Shown here: in pieces, positions 1-8,127 of the stretch | Numbering within the stretch: position 1 is the first letter of the stretch | Layout of the letters: the number at the start of each line of letters is the position of its first letter | Source: Candidatus Parvarchaeum sp. | GTDB taxonomy: Archaea; Nanobdellota; Nanobdellia; Parvarchaeales; Parvarchaeaceae | Assembly: GCA_049965555.1 (NCBI GenBank) | Contig: JBMFWF010000009.1 | Coordinates: 21,918-37,828 of the forward strand | Length of the DNA stretch: 15,911 nt | Direction: 5' to 3' | The notes under the pieces: generated by a model | The model's database searches: none | The model's input: the letters and a program-made list of their open reading frames with translations, nothing else | What the model was told of the DNA's origin: nothing | Translations under genes and position numbers: made by a program

Positions 1-1503
1 TCCGTCAAATTCAGCATTCCAAGAAGTTGGATAATTGTTTACGCCTGCATTTGAAAACGTAGTTACGCAATTCCATGGAGGTACGACATTGCTGCCTTCA
101 TAAACTGAATTCGAAGAGGAGCAATCATATTGGTTTATTACAGTTGAAAATGACTGGACAGATACGGAGGTAACATTCTGTGTAAATACCGCATTATTAT
201 TTACATTAACGTTATTATCGGTTAAACCAGAAAATGAAACATTCCAAGAAGTTGGATAAGGAGACAGACCATTGTCCTCAAAAGTAGTAGTGCATACCCA
301 CCAATTAAAATTATATGAAGATCCTTGGAAAATAGAAACACTGGGATCCGATAAACAGCTCAATTCATAGCTATTAGAAGAGGGAGTATATTGAGATACT
401 GTAGAGATGCCGGTTTGATAAATAGAAATAGAAGAACTTGTAGAAGTAGCTGAACTTGAGTAGCCTGCAAACTTTGCTACCCATTCATTATAATTACTTG
501 TAGTTGGAAGGCCTGTCTCTGTAAATGTTGTGGTGCAGTTCCATGAACTGAAGGTGTAACTGCCTCCCAACCTTATTGATGGTGTACTGTAGGAAACGCA
601 TGCAAGATTGTCGCTTTTTGCAATTGCAGTATAGTAAACCTGCGCGTTTGCAGTATTATTTGTGTGTATATAGATATTAGAGCCAGTGGAATTGCTTTTA
701 GTGGTGCCGTTATAGGTTACTTGCCACTGCTGACTTGATGGCAATCCTGTCTCTGAAAATGTTGTAGTACAGTTGGATGTGAATGCTATTACCTCTCCCA
801 CTCCTGTAGAATGATAGCCTGAAGAAGGAGTTGGCTTGCTTATGCAGCCCTGATATGTGACTGTTGGAACTGAAAAGTAATAATTGCCAAAAGGCAAATT
901 GAAGGAAACGTTATATTTTGTGCTTGAAACTGTGGTTGAATTCGTAGATGTGTTGTAATTCACTGTAAAAGTACTGCCGTACGGCAGTCCTTTTTCTATG
1001 AAATATGTTAACTGGTTGTTTATTGGGATTGCACCGCTTACCAATGTGGAGGAAACGGTTCCATTTGAAACTTCGTATATGCTTGACTTATAAGGAGTGA
1101 ACGATATTTGAATCTTTGAAAGATAGCTGCTTGTGAGTATGCTTACAGGTACCCTGCACAATGTGGATTGACCGGTTGATATTATGCTATTTAAACATGA
1201 ATCTGAGGTATAGCTGTTACCGTTTACATTTACTATTATGCCTGTGATGTTTACAAACTGGTTGTAATTGTTTGTTATCTTTACCACCATCATTGTTGAA
1301 TTAGCCTCTGCCGCCTGCATTGTTATACCCTTGAAGCCGCTTATTATTGTAGGAGCGGAAGGTGCTTTAAAAATGCCTAAAGAAAAGAGTACTACCAAAA
1401 CTAATACTATTATTATAAGAACCCAACCCCAGCTTACTAAATAATCTAAAGCAGCCTGGGCATCATTACTTTTGTTAGGTCGTTTTCTTTTCTTTTTATT
1501 CAT
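1..1503 (-). CDS. Large repeat-containing surface protein/putative adhesin with class III (type IV pilin-like) N-terminal anchor; 3'-truncated by window edge (>=501 aa)
   Basis: Hand translation from ATG at 1503 is open to position 1: MNKKKRKRPNKSNDAQAALDYLVSWGWVLIIIVLVLVVLFSLGIFKAPSAP... It has a basic N-terminus, an AQxxxDYLxxWGW motif plus hydrophobic helix, and a Ser/Thr/Asn-rich body with about 13 N-x-S/T sequons. Five ~75-81-aa repeats start (C)xTxFxxxG(L/V) and usually carry a WxVxF/YxG-like motif. Absent from the ORF track because no stop lies in the window. Confidence 0.88.
   Translation of the reverse strand, partial: MNKKKRKRPNKSNDAQAALDYLVSWGWVLIIIVLVLVVLFSLGIFKAPSAPTIISGFKGITMQAAEANSTMMVVKITNNYNQFVNITGIIVNVNGNSYTSDSCLNSIISTGQSTLCRVPVSILTSSYLSKIQISFTPYKSSIYEVSNGTVSSTLVSGAIPINNQLTYFIEKGLPYGSTFTVNYNTSTNSTTVSSTKYNVSFNLPFGNYYFSVPTVTYQGCISKPTPSSGYHSTGVGEVIAFTSNCTTTFSETGLPSSQQWQVTYNGTTKSNSTGSNIYIHTNNTANAQVYYTAIAKSDNLACVSYSTPSIRLGGSYTFSSWNCTTTFTETGLPTTSNYNEWVAKFAGYSSSATSTSSSISIYQTGISTVSQYTPSSNSYELSCLSDPSVSIFQGSSYNFNWWVCTTTFEDNGLSPYPTSWNVSFSGLTDNNVNVNNNAVFTQNVTSVSVQSFSTVINQYDCSSSNSVYEGSNVVPPWNCVTTFSNAGVNNYPTSWNAEFDG
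15..1008 (-). repeat. Intragenic tandem ~225-243-nt repeat units (F-x-E-x-G-L-P type beta-rich modules)
   Basis: Repeat heads: TYFIEKGLP (~1008-982), CTTTFSETGLP (Cys codon 769-771), CTTTFTETGLP (535-537), CTTTFEDNGLS (292-294), CVTTFSNAGV (67-69). DNA-level matches: 512-540 vs 746-774 (26/29 nt) and an exact 20-mer CATTCCAAGAAGTTGGATAA at 15-34 and 240-259. Confidence 0.85.
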
Positions 1504-1588
1504 ACAAGTTTACAATATTTTTTAATATAAATACTTAAAATAAAATAATAATAGAAAAGGATAAAATACGCCAAATTCTATATTTTAA
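1504..1588. promoter_or_regulatory. Divergent archaeal promoter region (surface protein / asnS)
   Basis: Minus-strand TTTATATT at 1531-1524 lies 28-21 nt before ATG 1503. Plus-strand purine run GAAAAG (1554-1559) followed by ATAAAATA (1561-1568) lies 28-21 nt before ATG 1589. Confidence 0.5.
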
Positions 1589-2875
1589 ATGGAGCATTAC
1601 ATAAAAGATATAAAAAATGCGGAATTTGAAGACAAAGAAATTGAACTGAACGGATTTGTAAACAGCATAAGAAAGGGCAAAAATAATTCTTTCATAATAT
1701 TAAGGGACCCTAGCGGAACTATACAATGTGTAAGTCATTCTACAGATAAGAGTTTCGAAGATGTAAACAAAATAACAAGAGAATCTGCTATAAAAGTTAA
1801 GGGAAAAGTAAGAAAGGACGAAAGAGCGGAAGGCGGTTATGAAATTTTGATAAATGACTTAAGCATATACTCTATTGCTGAGCCATTTCCATTGAAAAAA
1901 GGGCATAAAAAAGTTTTCCTTTTTGATAATCGACACTTGTGGCTGAGGAGCCCAAAAATGACTGCTATCATGAAAGTAAGATCAACAGTTTTTTCTTCCA
2001 TACATGAATTTTTTACTTCAAATGGGTTTTATGAAATCCAATCTCCATCTTTTGTCGGAGGAAGCGTTGAAGGCGGTTCAACATTGTTTGAAACAAATTA
2101 TTTCAACAAGAAAGCATACTTAACACAAAGTTGGCAGCTATACGCTGAAGCAATGGTTGATTCGCTTTGGAAGATATATACAGTTGCTCCTTCGTTTAGG
2201 GCAGAAAAAAGCAGAACATGGAGACACTTAACGGAATTCTGGCATGCTGAAGCTGAAGTAGCATTCAAAACAAATGACGACGTAATGGATATAGAAGAGA
2301 AATTAATAAAATACGTAGTTAAGAATGTTTTAGTTAAGAATGCAGACGAATTGAAATTATTAAAGAGAGACACTACTGTGCTTGAAAATGTAGTTAACAA
2401 GCCGTTTCTTAGAATGAAATATGAGGAAGTGATAGACTTAGCAAACAAGAATGGGTTAAAACTTGAGTATGGCGCTGATTTGGGCGCGGATGAAGAAAGA
2501 GCGATAACTTCTAAATTAGATATACCTGTTTTCTCAATAAATTACCCAATAGAATTAAAACCTTTTTACCACAAACCCGATCCTAAAGATGAAAAGCATG
2601 TTTTGTGCAATGACCTTTTAGCGCCAGAAGGTTACGGAGAAATTGTAGGGGGCGGACAAAGGGTTGATGATAAGGAGACTCTGCTAAAAAGATTAAAAGA
2701 TGAAGGATTAAATGAAAAAGACTATGAATGGTACATTGACCTTAGAAGGTATGGCGCTATACCGCATTCTGGATTCGGAGTCGGAGTTGACAGATTAGTA
2801 ATGTGGATTTGCAAATTACCTCATATAATGTATGCTGTGCCTTTTCCAAGAACCCCCAGGAGATTAAACCCATAA
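1589..2875 (+). CDS. asnS: Asparagine--tRNA ligase (archaeal-type AsnRS)
   Basis: N-terminal OB-fold (FIILRDPSGTIQCV); class IIb motifs VEGGSTLF, AYLTQSWQLY, PSFRAEKSRTWRHLTEFWHAEAE, DLLAPEGYGEIVGGGQR, RRYGAIPHSGFGVGVDR. DLLAPEGYGEI and RHLTEFW are AsnRS-type rather than AspRS-type. Confidence 0.93.
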   Translation: MEHYIKDIKNAEFEDKEIELNGFVNSIRKGKNNSFIILRDPSGTIQCVSHSTDKSFEDVNKITRESAIKVKGKVRKDERAEGGYEILINDLSIYSIAEPFPLKKGHKKVFLFDNRHLWLRSPKMTAIMKVRSTVFSSIHEFFTSNGFYEIQSPSFVGGSVEGGSTLFETNYFNKKAYLTQSWQLYAEAMVDSLWKIYTVAPSFRAEKSRTWRHLTEFWHAEAEVAFKTNDDVMDIEEKLIKYVVKNVLVKNADELKLLKRDTTVLENVVNKPFLRMKYEEVIDLANKNGLKLEYGADLGADEERAITSKLDIPVFSINYPIELKPFYHKPDPKDEKHVLCNDLLAPEGYGEIVGGGQRVDDKETLLKRLKDEGLNEKDYEWYIDLRRYGAIPHSGFGVGVDRLVMWICKLPHIMYAVPFPRTPRRLNP

Positions 2876-2941
2876 TTATGTTTATCTTTAAGTAGAAGCA
2901 ATAAACTTTTGTATTAACAGCTTAAATTTCTGTTCTTACAA

Positions 2942-2957
2942 CAAAAAGTAATTTAAA
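2942..2957 (+). promoter_or_regulatory. Putative BRE/TATA promoter of the membrane protein gene
   Basis: CAAAAAG followed by TTTAAA (2952-2957), 27-22 nt upstream of ATG 2979. Confidence 0.5.
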
Positions 2958-2978
2958 CTACCGGCTGCAATAAAGGAT

Positions 2979-3536
2979 ATGGATAAAGTAAAGGATAAAA
3001 ATGAAAAAAAGGAAGAAGTAGAAATTAAAAAACTTCCTATTACTTTTATATTAGCTATCATTTCAGGAATAACGGCAGCAGTTTCAGGCATTCTTACAAT
3101 AGTAGGAAACCTCTCAATATTAACATTTAACTCACAAAGCGTTTTAAGCGCAGCAGCAAATACGAGCAATTCCACTACATTGCAGTATCTAAGCCTCGCG
3201 TTAAACGGCATTTCAAGCGTAAAAAATGGTATCATTGTTCTTGGCCCCCTGCTTATAATCGCAGGGATATTCATGATTATCGCAGCATTTTACCTTAAAT
3301 CTAAAAACAGGGAAACAAGAAACTTTGGAGTTTTCTTAGTGTTCCTTTTCAGTCTTTTTGCTCTTTTGGGGCTTTTAATATATATACCTTTTAATTCGCT
3401 TTCTGTCTTGATTTTGGTATATTTCCCCCTTACTACTATAGGCAGCATAACCTATGCTCTGATGGTAATATACATTATAATCGGAATAGCAGCAGGTGCA
3501 CTGGCTTTACTAAAAGATAAAAGATATTTATCTTAA
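2979..3536 (+). CDS. Hypothetical integral membrane protein (4-5 TM helices)
   Basis: Charged N-terminus followed by several long hydrophobic segments; loop after TM1 carries NLS/NTS/NST sequons. No family motif recognised. Confidence 0.8.
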   Translation: MDKVKDKNEKKEEVEIKKLPITFILAIISGITAAVSGILTIVGNLSILTFNSQSVLSAAANTSNSTTLQYLSLALNGISSVKNGIIVLGPLLIIAGIFMIIAAFYLKSKNRETRNFGVFLVFLFSLFALLGLLIYIPFNSLSVLILVYFPLTTIGSITYALMVIYIIIGIAAGALALLKDKRYLS

Positions 3537-3556
3537 AAGATCCTTGAATAAAGACT

Positions 3557-4642
3557 ATGAACAACGCAAAGATAATGACAAAAAAAGTGGTAACGGTGGA
3601 AGTTAACACAAGTATAGAAAAGGCTCTTGATATAATGGATTCTAAAAAGATAAAAGAATTGCCGGTAGTACAGAACAAAAAATATGTCGGATTGATAGTT
3701 TACTATGATATACTATCTAGAGACATAAACAAAAACATGAAAGCCGGTGATTTAATGAAGAAGGCGCCGGCTGTTCTGCCAAAAGACAGCATAAGTAGAA
3801 CAATAAGTATAATGCAAGATTCTGGGGTCGGAGCTTTGCCTGTAATAGATGAGGACAAAAAAGTGGTAGGAATAGTCTCAGACTTTGATGTCTTAAAGCT
3901 TTTGATAAACGATAGAATATTTGATTCGTTCAAAGTTGAAGATGTGGTCATAAGGCGCTTTCCAATACTGAGAACAGATGACACAATAGGAAGAGCACAA
4001 AAATTGGCAGCAATGAATAGGATAGATAACCTGCCTATAGTAGACAATTTCGGTAAACTCCTTGGGCAGATTTCAACCTCTGACATTCTAAGTTATATTT
4101 TTGAGAAGAAGCTGACTAAAACTAGAGGAAAGAAAGACCCTCATAGAGATGAAAAACTTCCAACTGAAAGAAACATAATGGAGATAGCTAAATCAGAAAT
4201 ACCAAAATTAAACCTTACGTTGAACTTGAGAAGAGCTCTTGAAATAATGTTAAGCTCAAAGCTGAAAAGCAGTATTGTTATAGACAATAATGGTAAACCA
4301 GTAGGTATACTAAGTAGACTTAAGATTTTAGACTTGTTAAGTGGAAGAAATGTGGGAGAAAGCATAGATTTAACAATATCTGGTGATTATGATTGGGAAT
4401 TTGTAATCTTAGTAAGAAATGAGATAAATAAAAGAGAAAAGTTTCTTGTTGATTCCGCAGGTATAAAAAGTATAAGAGTAAACGTAAAGAAAATTAAGAA
4501 AGCTGCGAATCAATACCAAATAAACATGTTAGCAATTGGCAAAAAAAGATACAACATAAAGGCAGATGGAATAGCAAAAGAGATGATATTTGAAGAGATA
4601 ATAGATAAACTTGACAGTGCTCTTGAAAGAATAAAAGATTAA
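3557..4642 (+). CDS. Four-CBS-domain protein with C-terminal HPF/RaiA-like domain (candidate archaeal ribosome hibernation factor, Hib-like)
   Basis: Four CBS repeats (IKELPVV..YVGLIV; VGALPVID..VVGIVSDFD; IDNLPIVD..LLGQISTSD; SIVIDNNGKPVGILSRLK) plus a ~92-aa tail with an apparent beta-alpha-beta-beta-beta-alpha pattern ending EEIIDKLDSALERIK. The CBS call is firm; the HPF tail is by-eye inference. Confidence 0.85.
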   Translation: MNNAKIMTKKVVTVEVNTSIEKALDIMDSKKIKELPVVQNKKYVGLIVYYDILSRDINKNMKAGDLMKKAPAVLPKDSISRTISIMQDSGVGALPVIDEDKKVVGIVSDFDVLKLLINDRIFDSFKVEDVVIRRFPILRTDDTIGRAQKLAAMNRIDNLPIVDNFGKLLGQISTSDILSYIFEKKLTKTRGKKDPHRDEKLPTERNIMEIAKSEIPKLNLTLNLRRALEIMLSSKLKSSIVIDNNGKPVGILSRLKILDLLSGRNVGESIDLTISGDYDWEFVILVRNEINKREKFLVDSAGIKSIRVNVKKIKKAANQYQINMLAIGKKRYNIKADGIAKEMIFEEIIDKLDSALERIKD

Positions 4643-7600
4643 AAGGAAAGGAGAGATGCCTGCTTTTCTATCTTTTCGCCGAATATGCTGTTCAGTTCTA
4701 CATCCAGCAAATGAAGTTCATCTGCAAGATACTGCGAAATATGGTATTTCTGCGCTATGTTCAATGATATTGAAAGATATTTCTTTATATTCCCCTCACT
4801 AGAAGTAAGGACTAGGTTACCTCCGCACTTTAAGCACTTTCCTATGAGAGGTGCTCTCCTGTATCTTTCATTGCATTTAACGCAGCGAAACTCCTGGGTC
4901 CCAAATCTACGCAGATTTCCTTTTATGTCTTTTATGAAGTGCCTATCGATTATTATCTTTGCTACGTCTGAAACGTCTACCGCCCTTATCTTTTCCTGCA
5001 GAGACATCTGCGCAGACACCTTTTCAAGCATTGTGCCTAATGTTTTATAAGATGAAACGTTAACGCCGTCGTTTATGTCTTCTGTATCATGAGTGAAAAA
5101 TATTGTTTTGTAAGGATCGCTAAAGATATCTTTTACCTGCATTATCTTAACATCAGAAGGCTTGGCATAATTCAATGTGGCCTCATAAAACTCTAAAGGA
5201 TACTTGTCAACTATATCCAAATTGTATGCCTCCGAGTCTATGCTTTCAAGATCAAGCTTCGAGGAGATAACTAAAGGTGAATCCATATACCTTGCGCCCC
5301 TGGAATCAGGAAGCAAGCCCCTATCAAAATTAAGTAGCATATCTGTTAAGAGCATCAGTGCAGCTTCATCGCCGTCACAATTCCTACGCATTGCTGCATG
5401 GAAAAAAGGGTGGGCAAATAGGCCCTGAGTCTTTGAGAACCCTATTATCCTGCCTACCGTTCCGGAAGAAGTGTGCGGTGCTAATCCTACAACAAGCTTT
5501 CCGACCAGGTCTTCTTTTGAGTTTACATTCATTATGCTTTCTGCTGAATAATACTTTGTTAAAAGTTCATCTATGAACTTTGCTACCCTTGAAAAAACCT
5601 CTGCTGCATTTTCATTCATGTTTCCAAAAGTCGGTAGAATTATATCCTGCTGCTTCAATTGTAGTATCTGTTCTTTGCTCTCAAGCTCCTTGCCATAAAT
5701 GTCATGTGTATATCCAAGTTCTTTAAGCCGGTCTATACTTGTACCTACCTCTTTTGGCTTGAAATGAGTTATTGGTACTTCTATTGCATCGAACCTGATA
5801 GTTCCATCTTTGTTTACGTTCAAATTATTAATTGCACGAAGTATACCTTTTTCCAAGGGCTCTATATCGCCATTTGAGTTGAAAACACCCTTAACTCCTT
5901 TTATTACGGCCGGCCTATCTTTTACATTAAGTTTATCAAATGCCCTGTCCAAGTATTCCTTTAAATTTATCTTCTGCTTTGCCTTTTGAACGGTCGGCTT
6001 ACCATGATGAAATTCATCCGTTGTTTTAGTCCCGCAAACCCTGCAGTATCTTATCCTTTTAGTTTCAGAGCCGCATATATCACATTTTGCAAATATGCTT
6101 TCTTTTTTGCAGTTCTCACAGTAAAAAAGCCCGTATTCTGCAAGGACTGTTTCTTTTTGAGCGGCAACGATTATATTCCTGGATGCGCCGCCGCTTTCTC
6201 CTATCGGGAATATGACATTTGGATTTGTGTCCATCTCCCTCATCTTTGCCTTCTCAGGCCTACCGAGCCTGCCTCCTATGAATGTCCCTGCTATATCCAT
6301 TATCTTCAAGCCCGATATGCTGCTTAAAAGTTCTAAATTGGAGAAATTCTGACCGATTTTCAAAAGTATTGTATCAAAATTTTGTCCGTATCCTATAGTA
6401 AACAAGAACGAATCCGCATTGTCTATTACTATGCTGTTCCCTTTTACATAGTGCTCTATGGCAATTATTTCAAGTGTTCTCTTTATTGAACTTTGAAACG
6501 GCAGCGTAAGTATTTTGTACGCAGATCCAGGTATCTCGTTTTGATACTCTATCTTTGCATTTGAATTTACATATTCTATAAGCTCTTTTAACTGATTGTA
6601 ACTTATCTGTGACCAGAAATAAAGAAATTTTGGATGAAGAGGAATTGAATACTTCAATGAAAAGTCCTTGTATTCTGCGAATCCGCTGAGCTTCTTTGCT
6701 TCGTTTACTGCGTCTTCTCCCTTGCTTTCAACTATCCTGTCCCACCATTCACTTACAAAGGGAGATGGCATTAAAAGATGGCCTTGCTCTGAAAAATCTC
6801 CATAGTTAAACAAGATATCCCCTAAATATAGTATTTCTTCTATTTCATTAAGTAGCTGCTCTGCCTGCTTAACTGAATTTATCCTTTTCACAGAGCCGTT
6901 CTTTAGCTTTACTATCGGTCCTTCGATTGTTGAACATGGCGTTACAGCGCATGCTTTTCCAGGAAGCTCGACCCTTAATTGAGAACCGGTAGCAATGAAA
7001 TCAGATAGTATCCGGTTAGTAGCAGGGTTTATTGAAGCAGCGGCAAGTCCAGAAGTTCTGCTTCTCCCATACCTCAGCCTGAATCCTCCGCTAGTAAGTG
7101 GGTACGAAAAAACTGGTCTTCCAGCAGCCAATTCTTCAAGATAACGATAATTCGGCAATACTCTCTGTGTAGTATTGCTTTCTTTTTCATCTGCTTTCTT
7201 TTCAGCATGAGAAAGCTCCTTTAATTTCAAGTAATCTGGTAAAAAAGCAAAATCATCCTCTATCTTGTAATCTTTTGCAAAGCCTTTCATTAGCTTATTT
7301 ACTTTATTTGATTTTTGTGCAAAGCCTTCGCAAAGAACCAAACACATCCCGCTCCTTATCCTGTTCGTCTTTATCCTTGGCAAGTCCTTATAGGCAGAAA
7401 CTTCTCTGTCGCTTGTTGGGTCGCCGTCGATTTCTATGGGTATATTTTTAAGCAGAAAATCCAATTCATTTAAGCTAGGAAGGTACTGAAGCCTGGCTTC
7501 ATAATCATTGTAATCTGTAACTTCGACCTTTACCCTGCTTATTTCCTGTTCAGTTGCGTCATATTTCCCATAGCCAAAGTTTGCCCTAAGAGCATCTGCT

Positions 7601-8067
7601 ATAACAACAACAGAAGCCGCAGCGGTTCCTCCTGCACCTCTTATTGGACCGCCAAAATGGCATGCAAAGTATTCCTTTCCGTCCATCCTCTTTTTAAATT
7701 CGAGCTTCACAAAGCCCTCTAAAGGCGCAGATACTATTGCGGCAGTTATGTAAGCGAGCCCTACTCTTATGCCCATCTCTATAGCATCATGTATGTTTTC
7801 AAATTTCACGAACTTTGATTCGGCGGTCGCTATTGCACTGTCAATTGCAACCCTCCAATCATTCGGCCCGTATTTCTTCTCTGCTTCCCTTATGAAATCT
7901 GCTAGCCCGCTTTTTATCAGCTTGGGATTTAATACAGATAAAAGGCCTTCTATTCTATCTGCTACATCTGAAGCCAAAGGTATGTTTATGGGCTTCAATT
8001 TTCCGATGAGTTCGTATTGTTTTTTTACCTCTGCAGTTATTTGATTGTGATAAGAATCTATTTCCAT
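4639..8067 (-). CDS. polC: DNA polymerase II (PolD) large subunit DP2
   Basis: Signature motifs APLEG, GPIRGAGGTA, AGRPVF, GGFRLRYGRSRTSG, GRLGRPEKAKMR, KDGTIRFD, GLAPHTS, catalytic RRNCDGDE, C-terminal CVKC..CLKC Zn module and terminal PIP-box-like QASLLSF. No intein. Confidence 0.97.
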   Translation of the reverse strand: MEIDSYHNQITAEVKKQYELIGKLKPINIPLASDVADRIEGLLSVLNPKLIKSGLADFIREAEKKYGPNDWRVAIDSAIATAESKFVKFENIHDAIEMGIRVGLAYITAAIVSAPLEGFVKLEFKKRMDGKEYFACHFGGPIRGAGGTAAASVVVIADALRANFGYGKYDATEQEISRVKVEVTDYNDYEARLQYLPSLNELDFLLKNIPIEIDGDPTSDREVSAYKDLPRIKTNRIRSGMCLVLCEGFAQKSNKVNKLMKGFAKDYKIEDDFAFLPDYLKLKELSHAEKKADEKESNTTQRVLPNYRYLEELAAGRPVFSYPLTSGGFRLRYGRSRTSGLAAASINPATNRILSDFIATGSQLRVELPGKACAVTPCSTIEGPIVKLKNGSVKRINSVKQAEQLLNEIEEILYLGDILFNYGDFSEQGHLLMPSPFVSEWWDRIVESKGEDAVNEAKKLSGFAEYKDFSLKYSIPLHPKFLYFWSQISYNQLKELIEYVNSNAKIEYQNEIPGSAYKILTLPFQSSIKRTLEIIAIEHYVKGNSIVIDNADSFLFTIGYGQNFDTILLKIGQNFSNLELLSSISGLKIMDIAGTFIGGRLGRPEKAKMREMDTNPNVIFPIGESGGASRNIIVAAQKETVLAEYGLFYCENCKKESIFAKCDICGSETKRIRYCRVCGTKTTDEFHHGKPTVQKAKQKINLKEYLDRAFDKLNVKDRPAVIKGVKGVFNSNGDIEPLEKGILRAINNLNVNKDGTIRFDAIEVPITHFKPKEVGTSIDRLKELGYTHDIYGKELESKEQILQLKQQDIILPTFGNMNENAAEVFSRVAKFIDELLTKYYSAESIMNVNSKEDLVGKLVVGLAPHTSSGTVGRIIGFSKTQGLFAHPFFHAAMRRNCDGDEAALMLLTDMLLNFDRGLLPDSRGARYMDSPLVISSKLDLESIDSEAYNLDIVDKYPLEFYEATLNYAKPSDVKIMQVKDIFSDPYKTIFFTHDTEDINDGVNVSSYKTLGTMLEKVSAQMSLQEKIRAVDVSDVAKIIIDRHFIKDIKGNLRRFGTQEFRCVKCNERYRRAPLIGKCLKCGGNLVLTSSEGNIKKYLSISLNIAQKYHISQYLADELHLLDVELNSIFGEKIEKQASLLSF

Positions 8068-8113
8068 AGTTAACTAGAATAGTATGAATTCTACAATTAA
8101 AACCTTATTCCTT

Positions 8114-8119
8114 AAAAAA
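8114..8119 (-). terminator. Oligo-T tract, probable terminator of tRNA-His
   Basis: T6 run on the minus strand starting 9 nt after the tRNA discriminator base; oligo-T tracts are typical archaeal terminators. Confidence 0.5.
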
Positions 8120-8127
8120 TAGAGATG

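Noticed and set aside
15-774. Repeat pairs as possible CRISPR repeats or DGR template/variable repeats
   Set aside because: Spacing is 225-243 nt and in frame with protein repeats; the matches are too short for a TR/VR pair, and no cas or reverse transcriptase gene is present in the window.
973-988. Perfect 16-bp palindrome ACTGCCGTACGGCAGT
   Set aside because: Inside coding sequence (GLPYGS), single copy; one such palindrome in 16 kb is plausible by chance.
1589-2875. Alternative call as non-discriminating AspRS
   Set aside because: RHLTEFW, DLLAPEGYGEIVGG and RRYGAIPHSGFG match AsnRS rather than AspRS.
4639-8067. Intein in DP2, or a DP1/cdc6/replication-origin cluster
   Set aside because: The RRN-CDGDE insertion site is uninterrupted and the length is normal; no DP1, cdc6 or ORB-like repeats nearby.
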